NCBI GenBank assembly: GCA_964016885.1
Contig: OZ024740.1
Location: forward strand, 225,866,001 to 225,930,000
Source: Eledone cirrhosa
Taxonomy: Eukaryota
Reading direction: 5' to 3'
Length of the DNA: 64,000 nucleotides
Shown: positions 11,134 through 26,100 of the stretch, one piece after another
How positions within the stretch are numbered: the stretch's first letter is position 1
How the letters are laid out: each line of letters starts with the position of its first letter
The notes under the pieces: model-generated
Seen by the model: the letters and a program-made list of their open reading frames with translations, nothing else
The model's database searches: none
What the model was told of the DNA's origin: nothing
Made by a program: the position numbers and the translations under genes

Positions 11134-14100
11134 TCTACCAATACTGCCAATCTCTAACGATACTGCTAATCCCTAACGATACTGCCAATCTCTAACGATA
11201 CTGCCAATCTCTAACGATACTACCAGTCTCTAACGATACTGCCAATCTCTAACGATACTGCCAATCTCTAACGATACTGCCAATCTCTAACGATACTGCC
11301 AATCTCTAACGATACTGCCAATCTCTAACGATACTGCCAATCTCTAACGATACTGCTAATCCCTAATGATACTGCCAATCTCTAACGATACTGCCAATCT
11401 CTAACGATACTGCACATCTCTAACGATACTGCCAATCTCTAACGATACTGCCAATCTCTACCAATACTGCCAATCTCTAACGATACTGCCAATCTCTAAC
11501 GATACGGCCAATCTCTACCAATACTGCCAATCTCTAACGATACTGCCAGTCTCTAACGATACTGCCAATCTCTAACGATACTGCCAATCTCTACCTATAC
11601 TGCCAATCTCTAACGATACTGCCAATCTCTACCAATACTGCCAATCTCTAACGATACTGCCAATCTCTACCTATACTGCCAATCTCTAACGATACTGCCA
11701 GTCTCTAACGATACTGCCAATCTCTACCAATACTGCCAGTCTCTAACGATACTGCCAATCTCTAACGATACTGCCAATCTCTAACGATACTGCCAATCTC
11801 TACCAATACTGCCAATCTCTACCTATACTGCCAATCTCTACCTATACTGCCAATCTCTAACGATACTGCCAATCTCCACCGATACTGCCAATCTCTAACG
11901 ATACTGCCAATCTCTAACGATACTGCCAATCTCCACCGATACTGCCAATCTCTAACGATACTGCCAATCTCTACCTATACTGCCAATCTCTAACGATACT
12001 ACCAATCTCTAACGATACTACCAATCTCTAACGATACTGCCAATCTCTACCTATACTGCCAATCTCTACCTATACTGCCAATCTCTACCTATACTGCCAA
12101 TCTCTACCTATACTGCCAATCTCTACCGATACTGCCAATCTCTACCTATACTGCCAATCTCTACCGATACTGCCAATCTCTACCTATGCTGCCAATCTCT
12201 ACCTATACTGCCAATCACTAACGATACTGCCAATCTCTACCTATACTGCCAGTCTCTACCGATACTACCAATCTCTACCTATACTGCCAATCACTAACGA
12301 TACTGCCAATCTCTACCTATACTGCCAGTCTCTACCGATACTACCAATCTCTACCTATACTACCAATCTCTAACGATACTGCCAATCTCTACCTATACTG
12401 CCAATCTCTAACGATACTGCCAATCTCTAACGATACTGCCAGTCTCTACCTATACTGCCAATCTCTACCTATACTGCCAATCACTAACGATACTGCCAAT
12501 CTCTACCTATACTGCCAGTCTCTACCGATACTACCAATCTCTACCTATACTGCCAATCACTAACGATACTGCCAATCTCTACCTATACTGCCAGTCTCTA
12601 CCGATACTACCAATCTCTACCTATACTACCAATCTCTAACGATACTGCCAATCTCTACCTATACTGCCAGTCTCTACCGATACTACCAATCTCTACCTAT
12701 ACTACCAATCTCTAACGATACTGCCAATCTCTACCTATACTGCCAATCTCTAACGATACTGCCAATCTCTAACGATACTGCCAGTCTCTACCTATACTGC
12801 CAATCTCTACCTATACTGCCAATCTCTACCGATACTGCCAATCTCTACCTATACTGCCAATCTCTACCGATACTGCCAATCTCTACCTATACTGCCAATC
12901 TCTACCGATACTGCCAATCTCTACCTATACTGCCAATCTCTACCTATACTGCCAATCACTAACGATACTGCCAATCTCTACCTATACTGCCAATCTCTAA
13001 CGATACTGCCAATCTCTAACGATACTGCCAATCTCTAACGATACTGCCAATCTCTACCTATACTGCCAATCTCTAACGATACTGCCAATCTCTAACGATA
13101 CTGCCAATCTCTAACGATACTGCCAATCTCTAACGATACTGCCAATCTCTAACGATACTGCCAGTCTCTAACGATACTGCCAATCTCTAACGATACTGCC
13201 AATCTCTAACGATACTGCCAATCTCTAACGATACTGCCAATCTCTAACGATACTGCAAATCTCTAACGATACTGCCAATCTCTAACGATACTGCCAATCT
13301 CTACCTATACTGCCAGTCTCTACCGATACTGCCAATCTCTAACGATACTGCCAATCTCTAACGATACTGCCAATCTCTAACGATACTGCAAATCTCTAAC
13401 GATACTGCCAATCTCTACCTATACTGCCAATCTCTAACGATACTGCCAGTCTCTACCGATACTGCCAATCTCTAACGATACTGCCAATCTCTAACGATAC
13501 TGCCAATCTCTAACGATACTACCAATCTCTAACGATACTGCCAATCTCTAACGATACTGCCAGTCTCTAACGATACTGCCAATCTCTAACGATACTGCCA
13601 GTCTCTAACGATACTGCCAGTCTCTAAGGATACTGCCAATCTCTAACGATACTGCCAATCTCTAACGATACTGCCAGTCTCTAAGGATACTGCCAGTCTC
13701 TACCTATACTGCCAAACTCTAACGATACTGCCAGTCTCTACCTATACTGCCAATCTCTAACGTTACAGCCAATCTCTAACGATACTGCCAATATCTACCT
13801 ATACTGCCAATCTCTAACGATACTGCCAGACTCTACCTATACTGCCAATCTCTAACGTTACAGCCAATCTCTAACGATACTGCCAATCTCTACCTATACT
13901 GCCAATCTCTAACGTTACAGCCAATCTCTAACGATACTGCCAATCTCTACCTATACTGCCAATCTCTACCTATACTGCCAGTCTCTACCGATACTGCCAA
14001 TCTCTAACGATACTGCCAATCTCTAACGATACTGCCAATCTCTAACGATACTGCCAATCTCTACCTATACTGCCAATCTCTACCTATACTGCCAATCTCT

Positions 14101-17100
14101 ACCTATACTGCCAATCTCTACCTATACTGCCAATCTCTAAGGATACTGCCAATCTCTAACGATACTGCCAATCTCTAACGATACTGCCAATCTCTAACGT
14201 TACAGCCAATCTCTAACGATACTGCCAATCTCTACCTATACGGCCAATCTCTAACGTTACAGCCAATCTCTAACGATACTGCCAATCTCTACCTATACTG
14301 CCAATCTCTAACGATACTGCCAATCTCTAACGATACTGCCAATCTCTAACGATACTGCCAATCTCTAAGGATACTGCCAATCTCTAACGATACTGCCAGT
14401 CTCTACCTATACTGCCAGTCTCTACCTGTACTGCCAATCTCTAACGATACTGCCAATCTCTAACGATACTGCCAATCTCTACCGATACTGCCAATCTCTA
14501 CCTATACTGCCAATCTCTAAGGATACTGCCAATCTCTACCTATACTGCCAATCTCTAACGATACTGCCAATCTGTAACGATACTGCCAATCTCTACCTAT
14601 ACTGCCAATCTCTACCTATACTGCCAATCTCTAACGATACTGCCAATCTCTACCTATACTGCCAATCTCTACCAATACTGCCAATCTCTAACGATATTGC
14701 CAATCTCTACCTATACTGCCAATCTCTACCTATACTGCCAATCTCTACCAATACTACCAGTCTCTAACGATACTGCCAATCTCTACCGATACTGCCAATC
14801 TCTAAGGATACTGCCAATCTCTAACGATACTGCCAATCTCTAAGGATACTGCCAATCTCTATCTATAGTGCCAATCTCTACCTATACTGCCAATCTCTAA
14901 CGATGCTGCCAGTCTCTACCTATACTGCCAATCTCTACCTATACTGCCAATCTCTACCGATACTGCCAATCTCTAACGATACTGCCAATCTCTAACGATA
15001 CTGCCAATCTCTAACGATACTGCCAGTCTCTACCGATACTGCCAATCTCTAACGATACTGCCAATCTCTAACGATACTGCCAATCTCTAACGATACTGCC
15101 AATCTCTAACGATACTGCCAATCTCTACCTATACTGCCAATCTCTAACGATACTGCCAACCTCTAACGATACTGCCAATCTCTAACGATACTGCCAGTCT
15201 CTAACGATACTGCCAGTCTCTAACGATAATGCCAATCTCTACCGATACTGCCAACCTCTACCGATACTGCCAATCTCTACCGATACTGCCTGTCTCTACC
15301 TATACTGCCAATCTCTAACGATACTGCCAATCTCTAACGATACTGCCAATCTCTACCTATACTGCCAATCTCTAACGATACTGCCAATCTCTACCTATAC
15401 TGCCAATCTCTAACGATACTGCCAATCTCTAACGATACTGCCAATCTCTACCTATACTGCCAATCTCTACCTATACTGCCAATCTCTACCTATACTGCCA
15501 ATCTCTACCTATACTGCCAATCTCTAAGGATACTGCCAATCACTAACGATACTGCCAACCTCTAACGATACTGCCAATCTCTAACGATACTGCCAACCTC
15601 TAACGATACTGCCAATCTCTAACTATACTGCCAATCTCTAACGATACTGCCAATCTCTAACGATACTGCCAATCTCCTACGATACTGCCAATCTCTAACG
15701 ATACTGCCAGTCTCAAAGATACTACCAGTCTCTAACGATACTACCAATCTCTAACGATACTGCCAGTCTCTAACGATACTGCCAGTCTCTACCTATACTG
15801 CCAATCTCTAACGATACTGCCAATCTCTAACGATACTGCCAATCTCTAACGATACTGCCAATCTCTAACGATACTGCCAATCTCTAACGATACTACCAAT
15901 CTCTAACGATACTGCCAATCTCTAACGATACTGCCAATCACTAACGATACTGCCAGTCTCTAACGATACTGCCAATCTCTAACGATACTGCCAATCTCTA
16001 ACGATACTACCAATCTCTAACGATACTGCCAATCTCTAACGATACTGCCAATCTCTAACGATACTGCAAATCTCTAACGATACTGCCAATCTCTAACGAT
16101 ACTGCCAATCTCTACCTATACTGCCAGTCTCTACCGATACTGCCAATCTCTAACGATACTGCCAATCTCTAACGATACTGCCAATCTCTAACGATACTGC
16201 AAATCTCTAACGATACTGCCAATCTCTACCTATACTGCCAATCTCTAACGATACTGCCAGTCTCTACCGATACTGACAATCTCTAACGATACTGCCAATC
16301 TCTAACGATACTGCCAATCTCTAACGATACTGCCAATCTCTAACGATACTGCCAATCTCTAACGATACTACCAATCTCTAACGATACTGCCAATCTCTAA
16401 CGATACTGCCAGTCTCTAACGATACTGCCAATCTCTAACGATACTGCCAGTCTCTAACGATACTGCCAGTCTCTAAGGATACTGCCAATCTCTAACGATA
16501 CTGCCAATCTCTAACGATACTGCCAGTCTCTAAGGATACTGCCAGTCTCTACATATACTGCCAATCTCTAACGATACTGCCAGTCTCTACCTATACTGCC
16601 AATCTCTAACGTTACAGCCAATCTCTAACGATACTGCCAATCTCTACCTATACTGCCAATCTCTAACGATACTGCCAGTCTCTACCTATACTGCCAATCT
16701 CTAACGTTACAGCCAATCTCTAACGATACTGCCAATATCTACCTATACTGCCAATCTCTAACGTTACAGCCAATCTCTAACGATACTGCCAATCTCTACC
16801 TATACTGCCAATCTCTACCTATACTGCCAGTCTCTACCGATACTGCCAATCTCTAACGATACTGCCAATCTCTAACGATACTGCCAATCTCTAACGATAC
16901 TGCCAATCTCTACCTATACAGCGAATCTCTACCTATACTGCCAATCTCTACCTATACTGCCAATCTCTAAGGATACTGCCAATCTCTAACGATACTGCCA
17001 ATCTCTAACGTTACAGCCAATCTCTAACGATACTGCCAATCTCTACCTATACTGCCAATCTCTAACATTACAGCCAATCTCTAACGATACTGCCAATCTC

Positions 17101-20100
17101 TACCTATACTGCCAATCTCTACCTATACTGCCAGTCTCTACCGATACTGCCAATCTCTAACGATACTGCCAATCTCTAACGATACTGCCAATCTCTAACG
17201 ATACTGCCGATCTCTAAGGATACTGCCAATCTCTAACGATACTGCCAGTCTCTACCTATACTGCCAGTCTCTACCTATACTGCCAATCTCTAACGATACT
17301 GCCAATCTCTAACGATACTGCCAATCTCTACCGATACTGCCAATCTCTACCTATACTGCCAATCTCTAAGGATACTGCCAATCTCTACCTATACTGCCAA
17401 TCTCTAACGATACTGCCAATCTCTAACGATACTGCCAATCTCTACCTATACTGCCAATCTCTACCTATACTGCCAATCTCTAACGATACTGCCAATCTCT
17501 ACCAATACTGCCAATCTCTACCAATACTGCCAATCTCTAACGATATTGCCAATCTCTACCTATACTGCCAATCTCTACCTATACTGCCAATCTCTACCAA
17601 TACTACCAGTCTCTAACGATACTGCCAATCTCTACCGATACTGCCAATCTCTAAGGATACTGCCAATCTCTAACGATACTGCCAATCTCTAAGGATACTG
17701 CCAATCTCTACCTATACTGCCAATCTCTACCTATACTGCCAATCTCTAACGATGCTGCCAGTCTCTACCTATACTGCCAATCTCTACCTATACTGCCAAT
17801 CTCTACCGATACTGCCAATCTCTAACGATACTGCCAATCTCTAACGATACTGCCAATCTCTAACGATACTGCCAGTCTCTACCGATACTGCCAATCTCTA
17901 ACGATACTGCCAATCTCTAACGATACTGCCAATCTCTAACGATACTGCCAATCTCTAACGATACTGCCAATCTCTACCTATACTGCCAATCTCTAACGAT
18001 ACTGCCAACCTCTAACGATACTGCCAATCTCTAACGATACTGCCAGTCTCTAACGATACTGCCAGTCTCTAACGATAATGCCAATCTCTACCGATACTGC
18101 CAACTTCTACCGATACTGCCAATCTCTACCGATACTGCCAGTCTCTACCTATACTGCCAATCTCTACCTATACTGCCAATCTCTAACGATACTGCCAATC
18201 TCTACCTATACTGCCAATCTCTAACGATACTGCCAATCTCTAACGATACTGCCAATCTCTACCTATACTGCCAATCTCTACCTATACTGCCAATCTCTAC
18301 CTATACTGCGAATCTCTACCTATACTGCCAATCTCTAAGGATACTGCCAATCACTAACGATACTGCCAACCTCTAACGATACTGCCAATCTCTAACGATA
18401 CTGCCAACCTCTAACGATACTGCCAATCTCTAACGATACTGCCAATCTCTAACGATACTGCCAATCTCTAACGATACTGCCAATCTCCTACGATACTGCC
18501 AATCTCTAACGATACTGCCAGTCTCAAAGATACTACCAGTCTCTAACGATACTACCAATCTCTAACGATACTGCCAGTCTCTAACGATACTGCCAGTCTC
18601 TACCTATACTGCCAATCTCTAACGATACTGCCAATCTCTAACGATACTGCCAATCTCTAACGATACTGCCAATCTCTAACGATACTACCAATCTCTAACG
18701 ATACTGCCAATCTCTAACGATACTGCCAATCTCTAACGATACTGCCAGTCTCTAACGATACTGCCAATCTCTAACGATACTGCCAATCTCTAACGATACT
18801 GCCAATCTCTAACGATACTGCCAATCTCTAACGATACTGCCAATCTCTAACGATACTGCCAATCTCTACCTATACTGCCAGTCTCTACCGATACTGCCAA
18901 TCTCTAACGATACTGCCAATCTCTAACGATACTGCCAATCTCTAACGATACTGCAAATCTCTAACGATACTGCCAATCTCTACCTATACTGCCAATCTCT
19001 AACGATACTGCCAGTCTCTACCGATACTGACAATCTCTAACGATACTGCCAATCTCTAACGATACTGCCAATCTCTAACGATACTGCCAATCTCTAACGA
19101 TACTGCCAATCTCTAACGATACTACCAATCTCTAACGATACTGCCAATCTCTAACGATACTGCCAGTCTCTAACGATACTGCCAATCTCTAACGATACTG
19201 CCAGTCTCTAACGATACTGCCAGTCTCTAAGGATACTGCCAATCTCTAACGATACTGCCAATCTCTAACGATACTGCCAGTCTCTAAGGATACTGCCAGT
19301 CTCTACATATACTGCCAATCTCTAACGATACTGCCAGTCTCTACCTATACTGCCAATCTCTAACGTTACAGCCAATCTCTAACGATACTGCCAATCTCTA
19401 CCTATACTGCCAATCTCTAACGATACTGCCAGTCTCTACCTATACTGCCAATCTCTAACGTTACAGCCAATCTCTAACGATACTGCCAATATCTACCTAT
19501 ACTGCCAATCTCTAACGTTACAGCCAATCTCTAACGATACTGCCAATCTCTACCTATACTGCCAATCTCTACCTATACTGCCAGTCTCTACCGATACTGC
19601 CAATCTCTAACGATACTGCCAATCTCTAACGATACTGCCAATCTCTAACGATACTGCCAATCTCTACCTATACAGCGAATCTCTACCTATACTGCCAATC
19701 TCTACCTATACTGCCAATCTCTAAGGATACTGCCAATCTCTAACGATACTGCCAATCTCTAACGTTACAGCCAATCTCTAACGACACTGCCAATCTCTAC
19801 CTATACTGCCAATCTCTAACGTTACAGCCAATCTCTAACGATACTGCCAATCTCTACCTATACTGCCAATCTCTACCTATACTGCCAGTCTCTACCGATA
19901 CTGCCAATCTCTAACGATACTGCCAATCTCTAACGATACTGCCAATCTCTAACGATACTGCCGATCTCTAAGGATACTGCCAATCTCTAACGATACTGCC
20001 AGTCTCTACCTATACTGCCAGTCTCTACCTATACTGCCAATCTCTAACGATACTGCCAATCTCTAACGATACTGCCAATCTCTACCGATACTGCCAATCT

Positions 20101-23100
20101 CTACCTATACTGCCAATCTCTAAGGATACTGCCAATCTCTACCTATACTGCCAATCTCTAACGATACTGCCAATCTCTAACGATACTGCCAATCTCTACC
20201 TATACTGCCAATCTCTACCTATACTGCCAATCTCTAACGATACTGCCAATCTCTACCAATACTGCCAATCTCTACCAATACTGCCAATCTCTAACGATAT
20301 TGCCAATCTCTACCTATACTGCCAATCTCTACCTATACTGCCAATCTCTACCAATACTACCAGTCTCTAACGATACTGCCAATCTCTACCGGTACTGCCA
20401 ATCTCTAAGGATACTGCCAATCTCTAACGATACTGCCAATCTCTAAGGATACTGCCAATCTCTACCTATACTGCCAATCTCTACCTATACTGCCAATCTC
20501 TAACGATGCTGCCAGTCTCTACCTATACTGCCAATCTCTACCTATACTGCCAATCTCTACCGATACTGCCAATCTCTAACGATACTGCCAATCTCTAACG
20601 ATACTGCCAATCTCTAACGATACTGCCAGTCTCTACCGATACTGCCAATCTCTAACGATACTGCCAATCTCTAACGATACTGCCAATCTCTAACGATACT
20701 GCCAATCTCTAACGATACTGCCAATCTCTACCTATACTGCCAATCTCTAACGATACTGCCAACCTCTAACGATACTGCCAATCTCTAACGATACTGCCAG
20801 TCTCTAACGATACTGCCAGTCTCTAACGATAATGCCAATCTCTACCGATACTGCCAAATTCTACCGATACTGCCAATCTCTACCGATACTGCCAGTCTCT
20901 ACCTATACTGCCAATCTCTACCTATACTGCCAATCTCTAACGATACTGCCAATCTCTACCTATACTGCCAATCTCTAACGATACTGCCAATCTCTAACGA
21001 TACTGCCAATCTCTACCTATACTGCCAATCTCTACCTATACTGCCAATCTCTACCTATACTGCGAATCTCTACCTATACTGCCAATCTCTAAGGATACTG
21101 CCAATCACTAACGATACTGCCAACCTCTAACGATACTGCCAATCTCTAACGATACTGCCAACCTCTAACGATACTGCCAATCTCTAACGATACTGCCAAT
21201 CTCTAACGATACTGCCAATCTCTAACGATACTGCCAATCTCCTACGATACTGCCAATCTCTAACGATACTGCCAGTCTCAAAGATACTACCAGTCTCTAA
21301 CGATACTACCAATCTCTAACGATACTGCCAGTCTCTAACGATACTGCCAGTCTCTACCTATACTGCCAATCTCTAACGATACTGCCAATCTCTAACGATA
21401 CTGCCAATCTCTAACGATACTGCCAATCTCTAACGATACTACCAATCTCTAACGATACTGCCAATCTCTAACGATACTGCCAATCTCTAACGATACTGCC
21501 AGTCTCTAACGATACTGCCAATCTCTAACGATACTGCCAATCTCTAACGATACTGCCAATCTCTAACGATACTGCCAATCTCTAACGATACTGCAAATCT
21601 CTAACGATACTGCCAATCTCTAACGATACTGCCAATCTCTACCTATACTGCCAGTCTCTACCGATACTGCCAATCTCTAACGATACTGCCAATCTCTAAC
21701 GATACTGCCAATCTCTAACGATACTGCAAATCTCTAACGATACTGCCAATCTCTACCTATACTGCCAATCTCTAACGATACTGCCAGTCTCTACCGATAC
21801 TGCCAATCTCTAACGATACTGCCAATCTTTAACGATACTGCCAATCTCTAACGATACTGCCAATCTCTAACGATACTGCCAATCTCTAACGATACTACCA
21901 ATCTCTAACGATACTGCCAATCTCTAACGATACTGCCAGTCTCTAACGATACTGCCAATCTCTAACGATACTGCCAGTCTCTAACGATACTGCCAGTCTC
22001 TAAGGATACTGCCAATCTCTAACGATACTGCCAATCTCTAACGATACTGCCAGTCTCTAAGGATACTGCCAGTCTCTACCTATACTGCCAATCTCTAACG
22101 ATACTGCCAGTCTCTACCTATACTGCCAATCTCTAACGTTACAGCCAATCTCTAACGATACTGCCAATCTCTACCTATACTGCCAATCTCTAACGATACT
22201 GCCAGTCTCTACCTATACTGCCAATCTCTAACTTTACAGCCAATCTCTAACGATACTGCCAATCTCTACCTATACTGCCAATCTCTAACGTTACAGCCAA
22301 TCTTTAACGATACTGCGAATCTCTACCTATACTGCCAATCTCTACCTATACTGCCAGTCTCTATCGATACTGCCAATCTCTAACGATACTGCCAATCTCT
22401 AACGATACTGCCAATCTCTAACGATACTGCCAATCTCTACCTATACTGCCAATCTCTACCTATACTGCCAATCTCTAACGATACTGCCAATCTCTACCTA
22501 TACTGCCAATCTCTAAGGATACTGCCAATCTCTAACGATACTGCCAATCTCTAATGTTACAGCCAATCTCTAACGATACTGCCAATCTCTACCTATACTG
22601 CCAATCTCTAACGTTACAGCCAATCTCTAACGATACTGCCAATCTCTACCTATACTGCCAATCTCTACCTATACTGCCAGTCTCTACCGATACTGCCAAT
22701 CTCTAACGATACTGCCAATCTCTAACGATACTGCCAATCTCTAACGATACTGCCAATCTCTAAGGATACTGCCAATCTCTAACGATACTGCCAGTCTCTA
22801 CCTATACTGCCAGTCTCTACCTATACTGCCAATCTCTAACGATACTGCCAATCTCTAACGATACTGCGAATCTCTACCGATACTGCCAATCTCTACCTAT
22901 ACTGCCAATCTCTAAGGATACTGCCAATCTCTACCTATACTGCCAATCTCTAACGATACTGCCAATCTCTAACAATACTGCCAATCTCTACCTATACTGC
23001 CAATCTCTACCTATACTGCCAATCTCTAACGATACTGCCAATCTCTACCTATACTGCCAATCTCTACCAATACTGCCAATCTCTAACGATATTGCCAATC

Positions 23101-26100
23101 TCTACCTATACTGCCAATCTCTGCCTATACTGCCAATCTCTACCAATACTACCAGTCTCTAACGATACTGCCAATCTCTACCGATACTGCCAATCTCTAG
23201 GTATACTGCCAATCTCTAACGATACTGCCAATCTCTAAGGATATTGCCAATCTCTACCTATACTGCCAATCTCTACCTATACTGCCAATCTCTAACGATA
23301 CTGCCAGTCTCTACCTATACTGCCAATCTCTACCTATACTGCCAATCTCTACCGATACTGCCAATCTCTAACGATACTGCCAATCTCTAACGATACAGCC
23401 AATCTCTAACGATACTGCCAGTCTCTACCGATACTGCCAAACTCTAACGATACTGCCAATCTCTAACGATACTGCCAATCTCTAACGATACTGCCAATCT
23501 CTAACGATACTGCCAATCTCTACCTATACTGCCAATCTCTAACGTTACTGCCAACCTCTAACGATACTGCCAATCTCTAACGATACTGCCAGTCTCTAAC
23601 GATACTCCCAGTCTCTAACGATACTGCCAGTCTCTAACGATACTGCCAATCTCTACCGATACTGCCAACCTCTACCGATACTACCAATCTCTACCGATAC
23701 TGCCAGTCTCTACCTATACTGCCAATCTCTACCTATACTGCCAATCTCTAACGATACTGCCAATCTCTACCTATACTGCCAATCTCTAAGGATACTGCCA
23801 ATCTCTAACGATACTGCCAATCTCTACCTATACTGCCAATCTCTACCTATACTGCCAATCTCTACCTATACTGCCACTCTCTACCTATACTGCCAATCTC
23901 TAAGGATACTGCCAATCACAAACGATACTGCCAACCTCTAACGATACTGCCAATCTCTAACGATACTGCCAATTTCTAACGATACTGCCAATCTCTAACG
24001 ATACTGCCAATCTCTAACGATACTGCCAATCTCTAACGATACTGCCAATCTCCTACGATACTGCCAATCTCTAACGATACTGCCAGTCTCAAAGATACTA
24101 CCAGTCTCTAACGATACTACCAATCTCTAACGATACTGCCAGTCTCTAACGATACTGCCAGTCTCTAACGATACTGCCAATCTCTACCTATACTGCCAAT
24201 CTCTAAGGATACTGCCAATCTCTAACGATACTGCCAATCTCTACCTATACTGCCAATCTCTACCTATACTGCCAATCTCTAACGATACTGCCGTTCTCTA
24301 CCTATACTGCCAATCTCTACCAATACTGCCAATCTCTAACGATATTGCCAATCTCTACCTATACTGCCAATCTCTACCTATACTGCCAATCTCTACCAAT
24401 ACTACCAGTCTCTAACGATACTGCTAATCTCTACCGATACTGCCAATCTCTAAGGATACTGCCAATCTCTAACGATACTGCCAATCTCTAAGGATACTGC
24501 CAATCTCTACCTATACTGCCAATCTCTACCTATACTGCCAATCTCTAACGATACTGCCAGTCTCTACCTATACTGCCAATCTCTACCTATACTGCCAATC
24601 TCTACCGATACTGCCAATCTCTAACGATACTGCCAATCTCTAACGATACTGCCAATCTCTAACGATACTGCCAGTCTCTACCGATACTGCCAATCTCTAA
24701 CGATACTGCCAATCTCTAACGATACTGCCAATCTCTAACGATACTGCCAATCTCTAACGATACTGCCAATCTCTACCTATACTGCCAATCTCTAACGATA
24801 CTGCCAACCTCTAAAGATACTGCCAATCTCTAACGATACTGCCAGTCTCTAACGATACTCCCAGTCTCTAACCTTACTGCCAATCTCGACCGATACTGCC
24901 AACCTCTACCGATACTGCCAATCTCTACCGATACTGCCTGTCTCTACCTATACTGCCAATCTCTACCTATACTGCCAATCTCTAACGATACTGCCAATCT
25001 CTACCTATACTGCCAATCTCTAACGATACTGCCAATCTCTAACGATACTGCCAATCTCTACCTATACTGCCAATCTCTACCTATACTGCCAATCTCTACC
25101 TATACTGACAATCTCTACCTATACTGCCAATCTCTAAGGATACTGCCAATCACTAACGATACTGCCAACCTCTAACGATACTGCCAATCTCTAACGATAC
25201 TGCCAACCTCTAACGATACTGCCAATCTCAAACGATACTGCCAATCTCTAACGATACTGCCAATCTCTAACGATACTGCCAATCTCCTACGATACTGCCA
25301 ATCTCTAACGATACTGCCGGTCTCAAAGATTCTACCAGTCTCTAACGATACTACCAATCTCTAACGATACTGCCAGTCTCTAACGATACTGCCAGTCTCT
25401 AACGATACTGCCAATCTCTAACGATACTGCCAATCTCTAACGATACTGCCAATCTCTAACGATACTGCCAATCTCTAACGATACTGCCAATCACTAACGA
25501 TACTGCCAATCTCTAACGATACTGCCAATCTCTATCGATACTACCAGTCTCTAACGATACTGCCAATCTCTAACGATACTGCCAATCTCTAACGATACTG
25601 CCAGTCTCTACCGATACTGCCAATCTCTAACGATACTGCCAGTCTCTACCGATACTGCCAATCTCTAACGATACTGCCAATCTCTAACGATACTGCCAAT
25701 CTCTAACGATACTGCCAGTCTCTACCTATACTGCCAATCTCTAACGATACTGCCAATCTCTAACGATACTGCCAATCTCTAACGATACTGCCAATCTCTA
25801 ACGATACTGCCAGTCTCTATCGATACTTCCAACCTCTAACGATACTGCCAATCTCTAACGATACTGCCAACCTCTAACGATACTGCCAATCTCTAACGAT
25901 ACTGCCAATCTCTAACGATACTACCAATCTCTAACGATACTGCCACTCTCTAACGATACTACCAATCTCTAACGATACTACCAATCTCTAACGATACTAC
26001 CAATCTCTAACGATACTACCAATCTCTAACGATACTGCCAATCTCTAACGATACTACCAATCTCTAACGATACTGCCAATCTCTAACGATACTACCAATC

